Positions 12,201-25,444 of a stretch of DNA of 64,000 nt are shown one piece after another (the stretch's first letter is position 1; each line of letters begins with the position of its first letter). The translations under genes and the position numbers were made by a program. This DNA is from the human T2T-CHM13v2.0 reference genome, Homo sapiens, in the NCBI RefSeq assembly GCF_009914755.1, contig NC_060931.1. The stretch is one strand, 5' to 3'. The notes beneath the pieces were generated by a model that searched no databases, was not told where the DNA came from, and saw nothing but the letters and a program-made list of their open reading frames with translations.

Positions 12201-14784
12201 GGCGTCCATTTGTCTGTATTCCATTCATCTTTAAACCATTTATTGATGTATTAACATATTTCCAAGAATGGCGTAACACAAATATTATATTTGAATGTCA
12301 TTGAAATAGACTTAAAATTATAATAGAAGCACTTTTTATTTGTACAACATGAGTCAGGGCATGCAAGGAACATAAGCATTTACTCATAGTCTCTGATAAT
12401 ACTGCAAACTTTTTTCTGAAATCACTGAGAAAAAGTGAATCCCATTTCATGCCCTCATTTAGAAAATGATAAAAACATATTTTACTCTGTAATAAGTAAA
12501 GTAAACATACTTTTATTTTTCAGGTTACAAAGGGAGACTGATTCTGCGTAATTCTGAAAATCATTATGTCTTGAATTGTCCTCAAAGCAATGACAGAGGC
12601 AATTCCACACAGTTTATGTAAAAGCCCTCTAGTCCTTTAAGGAGAAACTTAGTCATCCAATTAATACCAGTAGAGGGAGTGGAGATCTAAAAAGAATACA
12701 TTTTTGGATGTAATATAAGGAAACTGTTTTTTAAAGGCAATGGTTATTTTCTGACCCAGCATACCAACTGCAGAAATAATGCTTTTAATGCATAAATTCT
12801 AATGTAAATGCTATATCTTCTCCTTCCTTCTTTAGTTGAATGCATCAAAATTTGTAACTAGAAACTTTATAAAGATAAATGTGAGGAGGGAAAAATTAGG
12901 GCCACTACTCTCCAAAGAACATTTGATATGTTCCAAGCCTGGCCTTCTCTGATGGTTTCTACAGTGCTGCGTATTAAGAAGCAAGCCTTTAATCTGTAAA
13001 GATGAATTTCAACCTCAAAACCCCCACTGGTTTAATGGAAGTGACATAGCTAACATGTCACAACAGTTTTTAGAAAGGTACTCCTGAGTGTCCAATTATT
13101 TTAAGTGCTTTTCCTACTCACTGTCGCTCAACTGATCATAGTGGATTTATTTGGCAATAACATTCCTCTGACATGAACTTCCGGAGGAATTGCTCCATAA
13201 TTCAACCTCAGTTAATGTTGCCTTAAAAATTAAGTGTTTCCGTAAGTTTTAAATAGATAACAGTACTTTCTAACAACTACATTCTTGGATACAAGTTTAT
13301 CCAGACAGGGTTAAAAAAAAAAGTTGGCAAGAAAGGTTTTTCCTTTTCTAGTTAAAATAAAAAAAAAAAAAGGGTTAAGGGAAAACATCCTGTCATGAGT
13401 CCTAGAAGAATGTCCCTAATCTGGAACTGAAGACTCAAATCATTTCTCAATATTCCCTCAATAAATGTGAAATGGTCAGTTTAATGTTCATCTCTTTCAA
13501 AAAATTATTAGTTATCATACTATAAAATATCATCAGTAATCATTCCCCTTTCATCTTTGAAGTATTTTTTTCTTTAGAATTCTTGTGTGCTCCAGGTCTT
13601 CAATTTTGTAATGCCAATTTTAATTTCATGACTATTATGTACAGCATTAAACTTGCTTGCTGCCCCAAAATAATCTGTACCTCTGATTTTATCCACGTTT
13701 CAAGTCAAATCATCTATTGCCAAACTACTACATTTTTTCATGTAGTGATATACGAATAGATGGAATTACTACATTGTACTCACAAAGAGAGCTATGATGT
13801 TTACTTAAAATAACAGGATTAAGAAATTAAGGCTATTTACTTTATGTTCTTCTCAAGGTCCTCAGGATTTATGAGTAGTATAGATGATGGGCCATATAGC
13901 CAAGGTAGGATGAGACGGAGACCTTGTATTCATGTAAGAGAATCCAAAGCTAAAACGTGTCTGTCTGGTTGAAATGCAGTCAACAAGGCAGGAGAATTTA
14001 GAGAAATCTGTGCGTACTCAGGCATACAACTAAAACTACTCCTTGCCACTCAACCAAGCAGGGAGATGTTATTCCTATATCATTCTAATGAACACAAAGT
14101 CTGTGTCACTCTCCCTTCGATTCGTTTCCTATTATTAAAATAAACAAAAATAAGCATTGGCCTCTACTTTTTGTTACACAGTTGTGAAAAGTCTTGAGTT
14201 TTTGTTCTTGGGGACAAAGAGAACATAACATGAACATAACAAGTGTGACTACTTCTGAAAAAAACAAACTAATGTTAAATTCCCGTGCAGACATAATTTT
14301 AAAATATTTTGGATAATTTCTGTTTCTTCATAATTTTTGAAAAATATTTTCCTTGTTTAAATTATTAATAACAGAGTCTAAGAAATCCAAATAGACTCTG
14401 TATTTCTGTTTTTAAGAAAAAAAGTAAAACAAAAATTACTATCAGATGAGTCTTCTGATGACTTTTTAAAGTTTAATAGTTTCAGCATGATCCAAAATTC
14501 AGTACTTTAAAATGAAGAGTTCACCTACATAATTGGCAATTTGCCAAAGTTTAGACAACCACAGTGGCAAATTTAGAAAAGAACCAGAAAATACAATTTT
14601 GATCTCATAAAATTCAAAACTACCTAGAAAGAACATTCATTTACATTTGAACAGTGATTTCCCTTATTTTTATTAACATTCAAAAGTAGAGTCAAATTAT
14701 TCAATTTACTTGGAAACAGACTTTGAACTCAGATACTTGAATATTGCTCAAAACCTCCAAAGATACACTGAGTAAAGTTTTCAT

Positions 14785-14993
14785 AATTGAGCATTTACTC
14801 TGTGCCAGAAACTGAATGTAAATGATATGCATTATCTACCTTTCTAATTACTATTACTTTTTTTTACAAATAAGGAAACTGAGGCAGAGGTAAGTTAAGA
14901 AACTGGCTCGAGTTACACAGATTCTAAATGACAGAGCAGAAATTCAAACCCCAAGGGTCAAGTTGCAGAGGCCATGCTCATAAACAGTACAGC
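14785..14993 (-). mobile_element. MIR
   Basis: ATTGAGCATTTACTCTGTGCCAG...TTTACAAATAAGGAAACTGAGGC...AATTCAAACCC. Confidence 0.8.
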
Positions 14994-15549
14994 ACTTGCC
15001 CTCTATGTGTTTATGATACTAACATTCGTTTGTCTTTATTCCATACATCGGCATTATTCCTGGAGGACAATTACTCCCTGATAGATAACTATTCCTCATA
15101 CTATATGTGTGTTTATGACTGTTTTTGTTTTGAAACTCAATTCAGTATTTTCTTTTATATCTTTGTTTGTGTAACAAGAACAAAAATAAAGCCAAGTTTC
15201 TCAAATATTATTTGGCAATTCTATTGTACCTGAAATAGTCTTCTTCATCTGCATATTAACTCCAATACCACTGTAGATGCAGAAACTGCTACAGCACATA
15301 GGAAATGGAAGATTCAGATAAAAGTGGGACAAAATATAGAGCCAGATCTCAGAAAGTGTGAGATGAGGTAAATACACACACAGACACACAGAGAGAGAGA
15401 GACAGAGAGTCCCTAAAAACAACAAAAAAGAGCTCTAATGCTGTGAGACTTAGAGAGCTACCCCACCATACCCCTTTCTCCCAAAGTTAAAGAAAATTAA
15501 TTTTTCCTAAAATGAGCAAGAAAAAAGAATTGTGGTCTCATGTACCAAA

Positions 15550-16970
15550 GATCTGGCTGGGTCATTTAAAAAGAAAAGGAAATAAAATTTCCATCATTCT
15601 ATTGACAATGGTGCTTTATTTTTTAAAAAAGAAACAAAGAAAAAGGAAAGGAATAACATATTTATGATAGTTAAGGAAAGTGTGAGCCAAGGATTTTATA
15701 TGCAGCCATTCTGACTTCCAAGTACAAACTGCTACAAAAGTCAAGGACAAAGTGCTATCAGCATATACAAACTCAAGAAATATTGTTCTCAGTGGAATCT
15801 ACTAAAGAACAAGCTTCAGAAAGCCACAATGACTGGAAAATTATCAACATAGGGATGGGTAGCATGAATATCAATACTAACATTGCAAAAAAAGGAATGC
15901 ACAACAGTATGACCCCCCTGAGGAAAGAAAACAACACTACGGCTCAATTTATCTTGTCCACAAAGTCAAACTTGAATCTTATCCAGCCTCTAGAACCTAC
16001 CAAGAATTCATAGGAATTACGTAGGACAGAGGCATATGTTTAGCTATACCACAGGGAAGGATCAACAAAACCTAGATAGCTGGATGTGGGTGGAAGAGAG
16101 ACACGATGCCTTCAACAAATAAATTACAAGGAAATGGAAATGGAACTTATGGTTTAAAATAAATTTAACAAATAAGGTAAAAATTGCAGCGTCATAACTT
16201 TACTGCATCCTTATTTAAAAACTAAGCCACAAGAATTTTAAGACATTTATGACACAGTTGTAAGTTTTAACACTGAATAACTAGTTGATGATATTAAGAA
16301 ATGTTTTTTAAACATTTTTACAGATCAGTCAAGTGGATATGTTAAAAAAAGAATTTTTAAAAAGGAACAAAAAAGCATATTAGATAGATATTACAGTAAA
16401 CTATTCACAGATCAAGTGAATGCACTGATACCATGTCTGAGGTTTGCTTCACACTAATTTTGTGGGTGTGGATGTGGATATGAAAGGGGTGGGATAGGTC
16501 CTGAGGTGATGACTGCTGGGATGGGTGATGACTCTTAAGTGCTCACTTTTGTCATTGTTAAAAATGTACCGTAATAAAATTTAAAATGGAAATAAAATGA
16601 GATTTTCAAACAAGGAAAAGTTGAAAGAATTTGTTACCCGCATATCTGCACTTAAAATAGCACCAAAAGGGAGTTTCCGGAGAGGAAAATTATTCCAGAT
16701 GAGCACGAAATAATGCAGGGAAAAAAATTAGTCCCTAGAAAATGCAAGCAGGTAAATCTAAATGAATATTGTTTAAAATAATAATACTTGTGAGGTTGAA
16801 ATATACATAAAATTAAAATATCTAACAAAAAATGACCAAAACTTAGAAGAATTAATGGAATTATTTTGTGATCCTTGCATTGTCTGGGATGTAGTAAAAA
16901 CACTAACTTACATTCAGCTGCGATGAATCATGGATGCAAGTTGACATCTGTAAAGTAACTGATTCTTTAG
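15550..16970 (+). mobile_element. Mosaic of old L1M (ME/MC) fragments
   Basis: Decayed ORF1-end motifs (AAGGATTTTATATGCAGCC, GAATTTGTTACC) and 3' UTR motifs (AACTTGAATCTTATCCAGCCTCTAG, TGATATTAAGAAAT). Confidence 0.45.
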
Positions 16971-18748
16971 AAAATCGGAGGCTATAGTGGGTTGTTTGTT
17001 TTCATAAACAGTGGAACTATTGAAATGAATTTGTTTGAGGAAGCTGCTCCCTGCAATAAAAACCCTCTTTCATATTCATAACATGTTCTGTTAGGAAGTG
17101 GGTAATAAACATATGCAGGGAACTAAAAAGTGTATAAAGAGATAAGAATATGACAACACCAATTGAATTCAATCTAGTCCACAAGAGAAACAGATGCCAG
17201 GGAAAGTTCACCAATAAGAATGCTCGCACAAGACAGCCTCTGTACACTGCGCACAGTGGGAGATAGTCCACTTCTCATCCCTCACCTGTACTAGCTTTAA
17301 CTTCGTATAGAAAAAAAAAAAAGTTTTTTTAACATTTAGAGAGGGGAAAAAAAAACCTAACCATATCTTTTGCCACATTCTGTTTAAGTCATGTAAATAA
17401 TAATGTATGGATATTTAACACATAAAAATATACCATAATACATTCCATTCAGGTGAATGTAATTAAATGTATGTCATGCTTTCTACATAATTTAGTTTAT
17501 TTTAAGAACATGGGTAAGTAACAAAAAGAAATTTAGTCAAAAATGCTAAAAATTGACAAACCAACTTTGCTTATTTGGAAACTATCCCTTACAATTCTAC
17601 AGCCCTTAAAATTCTGGCACAAATTACTGCCTTTCAGGCTCACAGCTATGCAATCAGGTAAAAGGAACCAGTAGTGTTGTTTCTAATTTTTAGATTTAAA
17701 AAGGGAGACTCTGGAAGACTAAGTAATATAATTAAGAGCAAATAATTAGATACTACATTGAGAAAAGGAAATGTTACACTATGGTACTGGTATAAAACCA
17801 TACACCCAAACCAATAGAACAGAACACAGACCTCAGATATAAACCTAAGCATATATGGTTAACTAATTTTCAACAACACCAAAAATACACAATGGGGAAA
17901 GAACAGTCTCTTTAATAAATGATGTTGTGAGAACTGTAGACCCACATGCAAAAAAAAAAAATAAAAATGAAACTGGACAATTATCTTACACAGTACACAA
18001 AAATATCAATTTAAGATGACTTAAAAACTTGAATTTAAGACTTGAAACTGTAAAAATACCAGAAGAAAACATATGGGGAAAGTTCCTTAACATTGACCTT
18101 GGCAATTTTTTTTCTTGATATGACACTAAAAGCTCAGGAAACAATAGTAAAAATAAACAAATAGACTATATCAAACTGAAGTGCTTCTTCACTGCAATCA
18201 ACAAAATGAAAAGGCATTCTACAGATTCAAAGCAAATCATCTATCTAATAAAAGGTATATGACCCAAGATATAGGAGAAACTACTCATCAGTAAAAAAAT
18301 CCAAATGACCTGATTAAAAAATGGGCAAAGGACCTGAATAGACTTCTTTTCCAAAGAAGACATACAAATATCCATCAGGTATGTGACAAGGTGCTCAACA
18401 TTACTAATCATCAGGTAAAATAAAAAATGCAATGAGCTATCACCTTACACTTGTTAGGATGGCCAGTATATATATTTTTAAAAGGCAGTAGATAACAAGT
18501 ATTGGGGCGTGTGGAGAAAAGGGAACCCTAGTACACTGTGAGTGAGAATGTAAATTGGTACAGCCATTATAGAAAAGTATGGAATTTTCTCAAAATATTA
18601 CAGGTAGAACTACCACATGATACAGCAACCCTTCTTCTGGTTAACATATCAAAAGGAAATAAAACCAGTATAGGGAAGAGATCAGCAGTACCATGTTAAT
18701 TGCAGCATTATGTCAAAGAGACAAGATATAGAAACAACCTAAGCATCT

Positions 18749-19056
18749 TTTGTTTTGTTTTTGAGATAGGGTCTCACTCTGTCTCTCAGGCTGAAGCACA
18801 ATGGTGTGAACATGTCTCACTGCAGCCTCCACCTCCGAGGCTCAAGTGATCCTCCCACTTCTGCCTCCCTAGTAGCTAGGACTATAGGCATGCACCACCA
18901 TGCCTAGCTAAGTTTTTTTTGTTTTGTTTTGTTTTTAGTACAGACAGGATGGTGCCATGTTGCCCAGGCTAATTTTGAACTCCTGGGCTCAAACAATCCT
19001 CTCGTCTCCACCTCCCAAAGTGCTGAGATTACTGACATGAGCAACTGCACCTGGCC
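18749..19056 (-). mobile_element. AluJ (Jo-like)
   Basis: GAGATAGGGTCTCACTCTG...CACTGCAGCCTCC...CCTGGGCTCAA; TSD CTAAGCATCT at 18739-18748 and 19057-19066. Confidence 0.92.
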
Positions 19057-19317
19057 CTAAGCATCTGTTTATGGGTAAACGAATAAAGATACTGTGAGAT
19101 GCTGTCATATATATATCTATATATATCATATATATATATGTCATATATGTGATATATATGACATATATAACATAGAAAATTATTCAGTCTTACAAAAGGA
19201 GATCTTTCTGTTTACAACAACGTAGATGAACCTGGAGGATATTAACACTATTTGAAATAAGCCACAGAAAGAAAAATACTGCATCATCTCACATGTGGAA
19301 TCTAAATACATCAAAAA

Positions 19318-20026
19318 CTGTTAAGTCTCTACTTAACGTTATTGACAGTTTCTTGGAAACTGAGACTTCAAGCAAAATTATGCATAAGGAAACTTATTTT
19401 ATTACAGGCTGATTAATATAAACAAGAGTTTATATTATAATATAATGTTAATGTTATAAATATAACATATAATATATGTTTATGTATATATGTATAAATA
19501 TATAATATAATGTTTATATTATATGATAATATAAACAAGTTCCTATGGCTTATTTCTGGTCACAAAAACATCACCAAACTTCTAAAAAAAGATACACAAC
19601 ACTTCTAATGTTAAACATTGACATAAATGTGAACTATACATACATTTAAGAAAGACTAATAGTAAAAAGTAAGATCGTGTTCACCCACTTACTCCAGTTC
19701 AGTATCATGGGTGGTTGGAGCTCATCCTGGCAGCTCAGGGCACAAGGCAGGAACCAGCCTTGCACAAGGTGCCATCCTATCACAGGGCACTCACACACCC
19801 ACCCACATGCACTCATGCAGGACCATGTAGACATGCCAGTGAACCTAATGAGCACATCTTTTATACATAGTATGAAAGCAAAGTACCTGTAAAAAACCCA
19901 CACTGATGTGGGAAAAACATGCAAACTCCTCACAGACACTGCTCCTGGCCAGGAATCAATTTTTTTTCTCATCAACATTATAACAAAATGACTTTGAACA
20001 AAACAACTTTCTTTGGGGACCTGCTG
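19318..20026. mobile_element. MER82-like TcMar-Tigger non-autonomous DNA transposon
   Basis: TAAGTCTCTACTTAACG...TTCTTGGAAACTG start, GGACCTGCTG followed by TA at the end; internal GGAAAAACATGCAAACTCC block. Confidence 0.75.
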
Positions 20027-20397
20027 TAGAAAGAAACAAAGGATAGAGTGGTGGTTATTAGGAGCTGGAGGGCAGAGGAATGGGGAGATGATGGGCAAAG
20101 GGCACAAACTTGGACTTATAAGATGGATAAGTTCAGGAGACCTAATGTACAGCCTGGTGACTATAGACAAAGTACTGTATTGTATACTTGAAATTTGCTA
20201 AGAGAATAGATCTTAAGTATTCCCATCCCCCAAAAGTAACTATGTGAGGTAATGCACACGCTGATTAACTTGATGTGCTAATCATTTCACAAAGTATACA
20301 TGTTTCATTGTACATGGAACATGTTGAATATATAGTTTTATTTGTCAATTATACTTCAGCAAAGCTGAAATTCTTTTTAATTAACTTACAAAACAAA

Positions 20398-20582
20398 AAA
20401 GAGGAAATTTGGACACAGACATCCACATGTATAGAACAAAGACCACATAAAGGCAGACAGAGAAGGCAGCCATCCACTGGCCAAGGAGAGAAGCCTCTTA
20501 AGGAAACCAGCCCACCAGACACCTTAGTCTGGGACTTACTGTCTCCAGAATCATGGGGAAATACATTCTGTTCTTTAAGCCA
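20398..20582 (+). mobile_element. MLT1B-like LTR fragment
   Basis: GGAAATTTGGACACAGAC...GAGAAGGCAGCCATC...GCCAAGGAGAGAAGCC...TTCTGTTCTTTAAGCCA. Confidence 0.78.
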
Positions 20583-20829
20583 AGAGAATACACACAAAAA
20601 AAAAAAAAGAAAGAGAAGAGAAAAGAAAATGAACATACAAAATAATTTTAATAAGATAACTATGACTTCTTTTGTAGCAGAATGGTATCACTCATACAAA
20701 TGTTGCAATTTGAGACTGATACAACAGTTACAACTCTTTAATTGTACTAACCTCTTGTGTCATCTTCTAAAATAAAATAGCAAGCACTGATCTCTGTCAT
20801 ACAACACTAATGATGATGTCTGATATTTC

Positions 20830-21136
20830 TTTTTTAAAATTTATTATTATCATTATTTAGACATGATCTCACTCTGTTACCCAGGCTGGAGTGCAGAGGC
20901 GCCAACACGGCACCAACCTCCACCTCCCAGGGCTCAAGTGATCCTCCTGCCTCAGCTTTTCAAGTAGCTGGGACCACAGGCGAATACCACCATGCCTGGC
21001 TAATGTTTCTGTTTTTTGTTGAGTCGGGGTTTCATCCTGTTGCCCAGGCTGGTCTCGAACTCCTGAGCTCAATCAATCCACCCTCCTCGGCCTCCCAAAG
21101 TGCTGAGATTACAGGCGTGAACCACTATGCCCGGCC
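20830..21136 (-). mobile_element. AluJ (Jb-like)
   Basis: Two-monomer Alu with GTGATCCTCCTGCCTCAGC and TGTTGCCCAGGCTGGTCTCGAACTCCTGAGCTCAA; partial TSD GTCTGATA. Confidence 0.9.
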
Positions 21137-21329
21137 TAAAGTCTGATACTCCTTTTTCAATTGATAAGTATGTCAACTAGAGGTTTGCCTACATATTTAG
21201 TTGAATTGACTATTTGGAGTGTCTCACATATTGTCACTTAGTAAATTGCTTGCTATTTACTATATGGATTGGTATTCTCAGATAATATTTTCTAGAAATT
21301 TTTCTATTTCAATGTATTTTTATTTCCCT

Positions 21330-22370
21330 ATAATTCTTTGGAGTAATGTTAGCATTGGCTCCAAGTACTATTCAATATACATGAAACCGCACTTTATTCT
21401 CTATGTTTGCTATCTTTTTTTTCCTTTTTCCTTTTTCCTACTATATTTTGTATAGTTTCTTTCAATCTACTATTGAGTAATGTTCTCTTCTGCTTTATAA
21501 TCTGTTATCAGATCTGAGTACTCAATTCCATTTTCATAATTCTCATCTCCAGAAATTATTTCTTTTGCAAATTTGCATGTCACTTAAAATTGTTTTTGTA
21601 ATCTAATTACTTGTGAGATTGCCTTTATTTCCTTAAAGGTATTACACATAGTTGTTTCATAATCTGTGTCTGATACTATTGAAATCTGCAGTTGAGTTTC
21701 ATTTTTCTTTTGTTTTTGCTGATTGTCAAGCATAATTGCTTGTCTGTTTGTGTGCCTGATGTTCTTTGATATGTGATGGTCATTGCTATTGAAAAAATAA
21801 TTGAGACATAGACGAACATTACTATTTTCCCAGGGGCTTTTACTTCAGTTTTTATCAGATACCTATAGCACAACTTTAAACTACATTCCTGACAAAATGT
21901 TGTGGATACACCTGGCATTGTGGATTTTGACTATAATTATCTGTTCGGGCTGGTGTTTGATTTACAAACTCTCTGAGGCTATTTCTGTTTTTTCTTTCTT
22001 TATTTCTTCTATTTCCCCAGAATCAAGACAATATTTTCTTCACATTCTGGTGGGAGTGTGGGTGAGGTGGTGGATTTATAACTTTTTGACCCTTACCTTT
22101 GTCAAGTCCCCATCAAGGCAGACCCTGAGCTTTTACTCCTACTCTCTTGTCCCCCAAGACAATCAGGATCACTACTTATTTCCATGGCTGTTTCTGCAGG
22201 CTTGCCAGTGGCCACACAATAAATGTGGGTTGGAAAGCTACCTTAATTTTCTGTCCTTATTGTTTTCAAGATTGGGCTTGGAGATCTCTCACTATTTTGG
22301 CATCTCTCTGAAGCTAGCAAGACAGTTTTTATTTTTCATCCAAGAGTTTTAATTGACCTCTAAGAGGAAA
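21330..22370 (-). mobile_element. Very old L1M/HAL1-like 5'/ORF1 region
   Basis: T-rich antisense L1 character (CATCTCCAGAAATTATTTC, AATCTGTGTCTGATA); low similarity. Confidence 0.4.
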
Positions 22371-22399
22371 CCATTGCTAAAGGAGGAATCTCTCTTCAG

Positions 22400-22800
22400 T
22401 ATTTGACACAAAAGATCATTATCTTCTCCTTGAAACACTTTCTTCACTCTCTTTCAGGACTTCACGCCACCACCCTTCTGTGATATTTTTATGCTGCTTC
22501 CCTAGTCTAATTTGCTGGTTCCTCCTATGACCCCCAAACACTAAATAATGGAAAACAACAGGGCTAAACTTTTGGAGTGTCTTCTTCCTCCAGACCCATT
22601 TCTTTGGATCTCAATCTCTCTCAAAGCTTTTAATACCACCAATATGCTAAAGATGTACAAGTTTATATCTCCAGTCTGAATCTCTTCCCTAAACACCAGT
22701 CTTAGATCCAACTTCCTCATTGACATTTCCACTTGGAGGTCTGATACCTCAATTTTAGCATATCTAAAATTGAACTCATCAACTCCTGGCTTATAAAATC
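22400..22800 (+). mobile_element. L2 internal fragment
   Basis: CTCCTTGAAACACTTTCTTCAC...ATGCTAAAGATG...TATCTCCAGTCTGAATCTCT...GACATTTCCACTTGGAGGTCT. Confidence 0.7.
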
Positions 22801-24479
22801 TACTTATTGTGCTCTTTTCGGCTTAGCCCGCTTTTCTTTTCTCTGTTAAAGTTTCTGAGATTGACTATGGTATCAATAAGCCAAAGCACCTTAATCACTT
22901 AGCACTAATTCTTACGGATTCTGGAATAGTCACCACATACTTGTTATATATGTGAATGATAATAATTAAAACAATGACCGTAGTATGAATATGGTATTTA
23001 GTACCAGCCACTGAACACACAATGATTTCATTTAATCTCACCAAACGTTGAGAGATATATAGTATTTATGCCCATGTTACACAGAAAGTTGAGGCTCAGA
23101 GAAATTAAGGAATTTGTACACAACTTAAATATCTTCTCTAATCTTCTTTATAAAATCACTGCTCTAAAAATGAAGGGCATTTAAAAACTTGGAAAGGAAG
23201 TAAAGAAATGCCTTAAGAGAGTATATGAATATGTGAAAATGCATTTACATCTTCAATAAAAGAATCGTCATATGCATAACTACTTAATGTCATCAAGAAA
23301 GGGAAAAAAGTTCTAGTAGTATATTTTGCATGAATAATTGAATTAAGCTTTTTATTCAGCATCTCTTCCTCTTGTCTTTTAGAATTACTGGTTCAGGTGC
23401 AGAGACTTCTCCAGAAATGGGTTCATCAACTTTTGGGCAGCTTGCTCACTCCCTCATCTACCACATCTCTGTGCTCAAACACAAATAAGGGAAGGAGAGA
23501 AGCTACATCATCTATGTTAGGATTGAGAGGTTGCTGTGGGAGATGGGAGGCAGTGAGTGAGCTCAGCAATGCTGCAACAGTTTATCAAGTGTTGGCCTCC
23601 TCTTTCTGCATTTTCTCTACTCACCTTTTTCTCTCACCAATTGTCTGTTTAGGCACGGGAGGAAGTTAAACCCTAGAGAAGTAGCTCATCCATTGGGTGA
23701 ATTTACAGAGGATGAAAAGGAAGCACTATGACTTTTAAAATTATTCTTTCAATGTGAGGAATCACTTCTGTCTGTTTATGCTTCTGAAACTACTAAAAGG
23801 TTTTACTCTGGGAAAACTCTCTAGTGAATTTCCACTGACAACTTTCTCTTTAGTAAAGACCTCCTTCCTAATTCACTTTGAATCAGCTTCCTGTTATCTG
23901 AGCAAGTCATCATACTTTTACTTTGGACATTATTTTTCTCTCCAGAATTGTATGAGCTTTAGGAAAACACAGAACCCAAACGGTTCCTTTCTCCCCACTT
24001 CTTCAGCTGTGTATTGGAGCTCAGCCAAAGAAGTTCAACTTGAAATCCCAGAGCCCGTTAAATCCCTGGAATTAGAATGTGCTTTGTTGTCATTCCCGTG
24101 GATGTACGTTTTGGCTTTTAAAAAGCATGCAAGGCATGGTAACCATGTGGAACATAAAAGACAATTTTGCTGTATATGAATGCATATTTAAATGAAGGCA
24201 ATATCTGTCTCCAACTAGAACATTCCTGTGTCATGCTCCAATAGCCTTCTCATGTAGAAAGACTGAACTTTTCTTGTTTTATATTTTAAGATATTATTCA
24301 TAATAGTTTCTAGGAGAATTAAGAAATATATTTCAAAAAGCACAATGTTGTCCTGTAGGATTTATAAGCAATGAAGTCACTTTGTTATTTCTTCAACAGT
24401 TTTCTTTAGCCTGAGTTAACTCAGAATATTTTCAAGCTGTTGATGAAGATGTTTAGTACTGTAGACAGGGTATGTGCAT

Positions 24480-24755
24480 AGGAGTAGTTGGGAAGATGCT
24501 AGACAAAGGATATAAAATTTCAGTTAGACAGGAGGAATAGGTTCAAGAGATCGATCGTACACCATGGTGACTACAGTGAATAACAAAAATAATAAGTATG
24601 TGAGGTATGATGTAAATTACTTTACTACAAAAATAATAAGTATGTGAGGTATGATGTAAATTAGCTCAACTGAGCCATTCCACAATGTATACATATTTCA
24701 AAACATAATGTTTTACACAATAAATATATACAAATTTTAATCAATTAAAAATAAT
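24480..24755 (+). mobile_element. L1MA8-like 3' end with internal deletion plus duplication
   Basis: AAAGGATATAAAATTTCAGTTAGACAGGAGGAATAGGTTCAAGAGATC...AGCCATTCCACAATGTATACATATTTCAAAAC. Confidence 0.82.
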
Positions 24756-25387
24756 GAAATTATTGGAAGTAGGCCAAACATCATAATGTTTTAAATAACA
24801 ACAATAAAGATTGCTCATACTTAAAAAAGGAAGAGAGAGAGAGAGAAGGAGAAGATGGTGAGGGAAGCATGTACAAAATCCCCCAATTATAGATGAGTAA
24901 ATATTTTTTAAATGATTCATTTCTATTTTACGGTAAAAATGAATTCATCACAAATGTTCATCTACATATTACAAATGATACAGCAAGTTTTATCATTTTC
25001 CAAGTCTCAATTTTATTTAATTCAGTTTATGACCTTTACTGAACTGGTTTTACATATATAAGGTTTTTTAGTGCACTGTTAAATGGTTTAAAAAGATGAA
25101 AAAGAAATCTGTTCCTTTAAAAACCTTAAAAAAGTCGGATTACTGAAGGCTGAATGATGTGTTTACTATTTACAACTTCCTTTGTAAAGATGCAGGTATT
25201 GCATTCCTTGTCTTTTAAATTGTAACCTTATACATCTGTTGAGCACACATCTGGACACTTAGCTCAATTCATCATTTCCTTCTGTATATCCAAAAACTGT
25301 CAGTTATTTCACAGGAGACTCAGCCCTTGGGAGAAGTGAAAAAGTTACATCCTTTTTTTTTTTCAGGTTTTATAAACTCTTCCTTAC

Positions 25388-25444
25388 CTTTTTCTGCAGG
25401 ATATCGGTGAGTATAAAAATAAGCAGTCTGAATTCCTTCTGGCT
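25388..25444 (-). other. Candidate 57-nt cassette exon (unverified)
   Basis: Minus strand: long pyrimidine tract ending CTCTCTCCAG, then 57 nt, then AAG|GTAAGG donor. Confidence 0.35.

Larger units (their letters stand above)
17775..20390 (+). mobile_element. 5'-truncated L1MA9/L1MB-like element (ORF2 C-terminus plus 3' UTR) hosting AluJ, TA repeat and MER82-like inserts
   Basis: ATGGTACTGGTATAAAA...AAATGGGCAAAGGACCTGAATAGAC...GGAGAAAAGGGAACCC...GTACAGCCTGGTGACTATAG...TTTGTCAATTATAC. Confidence 0.8.

Noticed and set aside
19646-20775. ORFs of 174 aa and 166 aa
   Set aside because: They run across unrelated MER82, L1M and MLT1 fragments
21801-22352. 183-aa hydrophobic ORF
   Set aside because: T-rich antisense strand of a decayed L1-like relic; non-ATG start; no recognisable domain
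25400-25406. 7-nt + strand microexon (TTTCTGCAG|GATATCG|GTGAGT)
   Set aside because: Frame-shifting length, no supporting neighbouring exons, and it overlaps a better-formed minus-strand candidate
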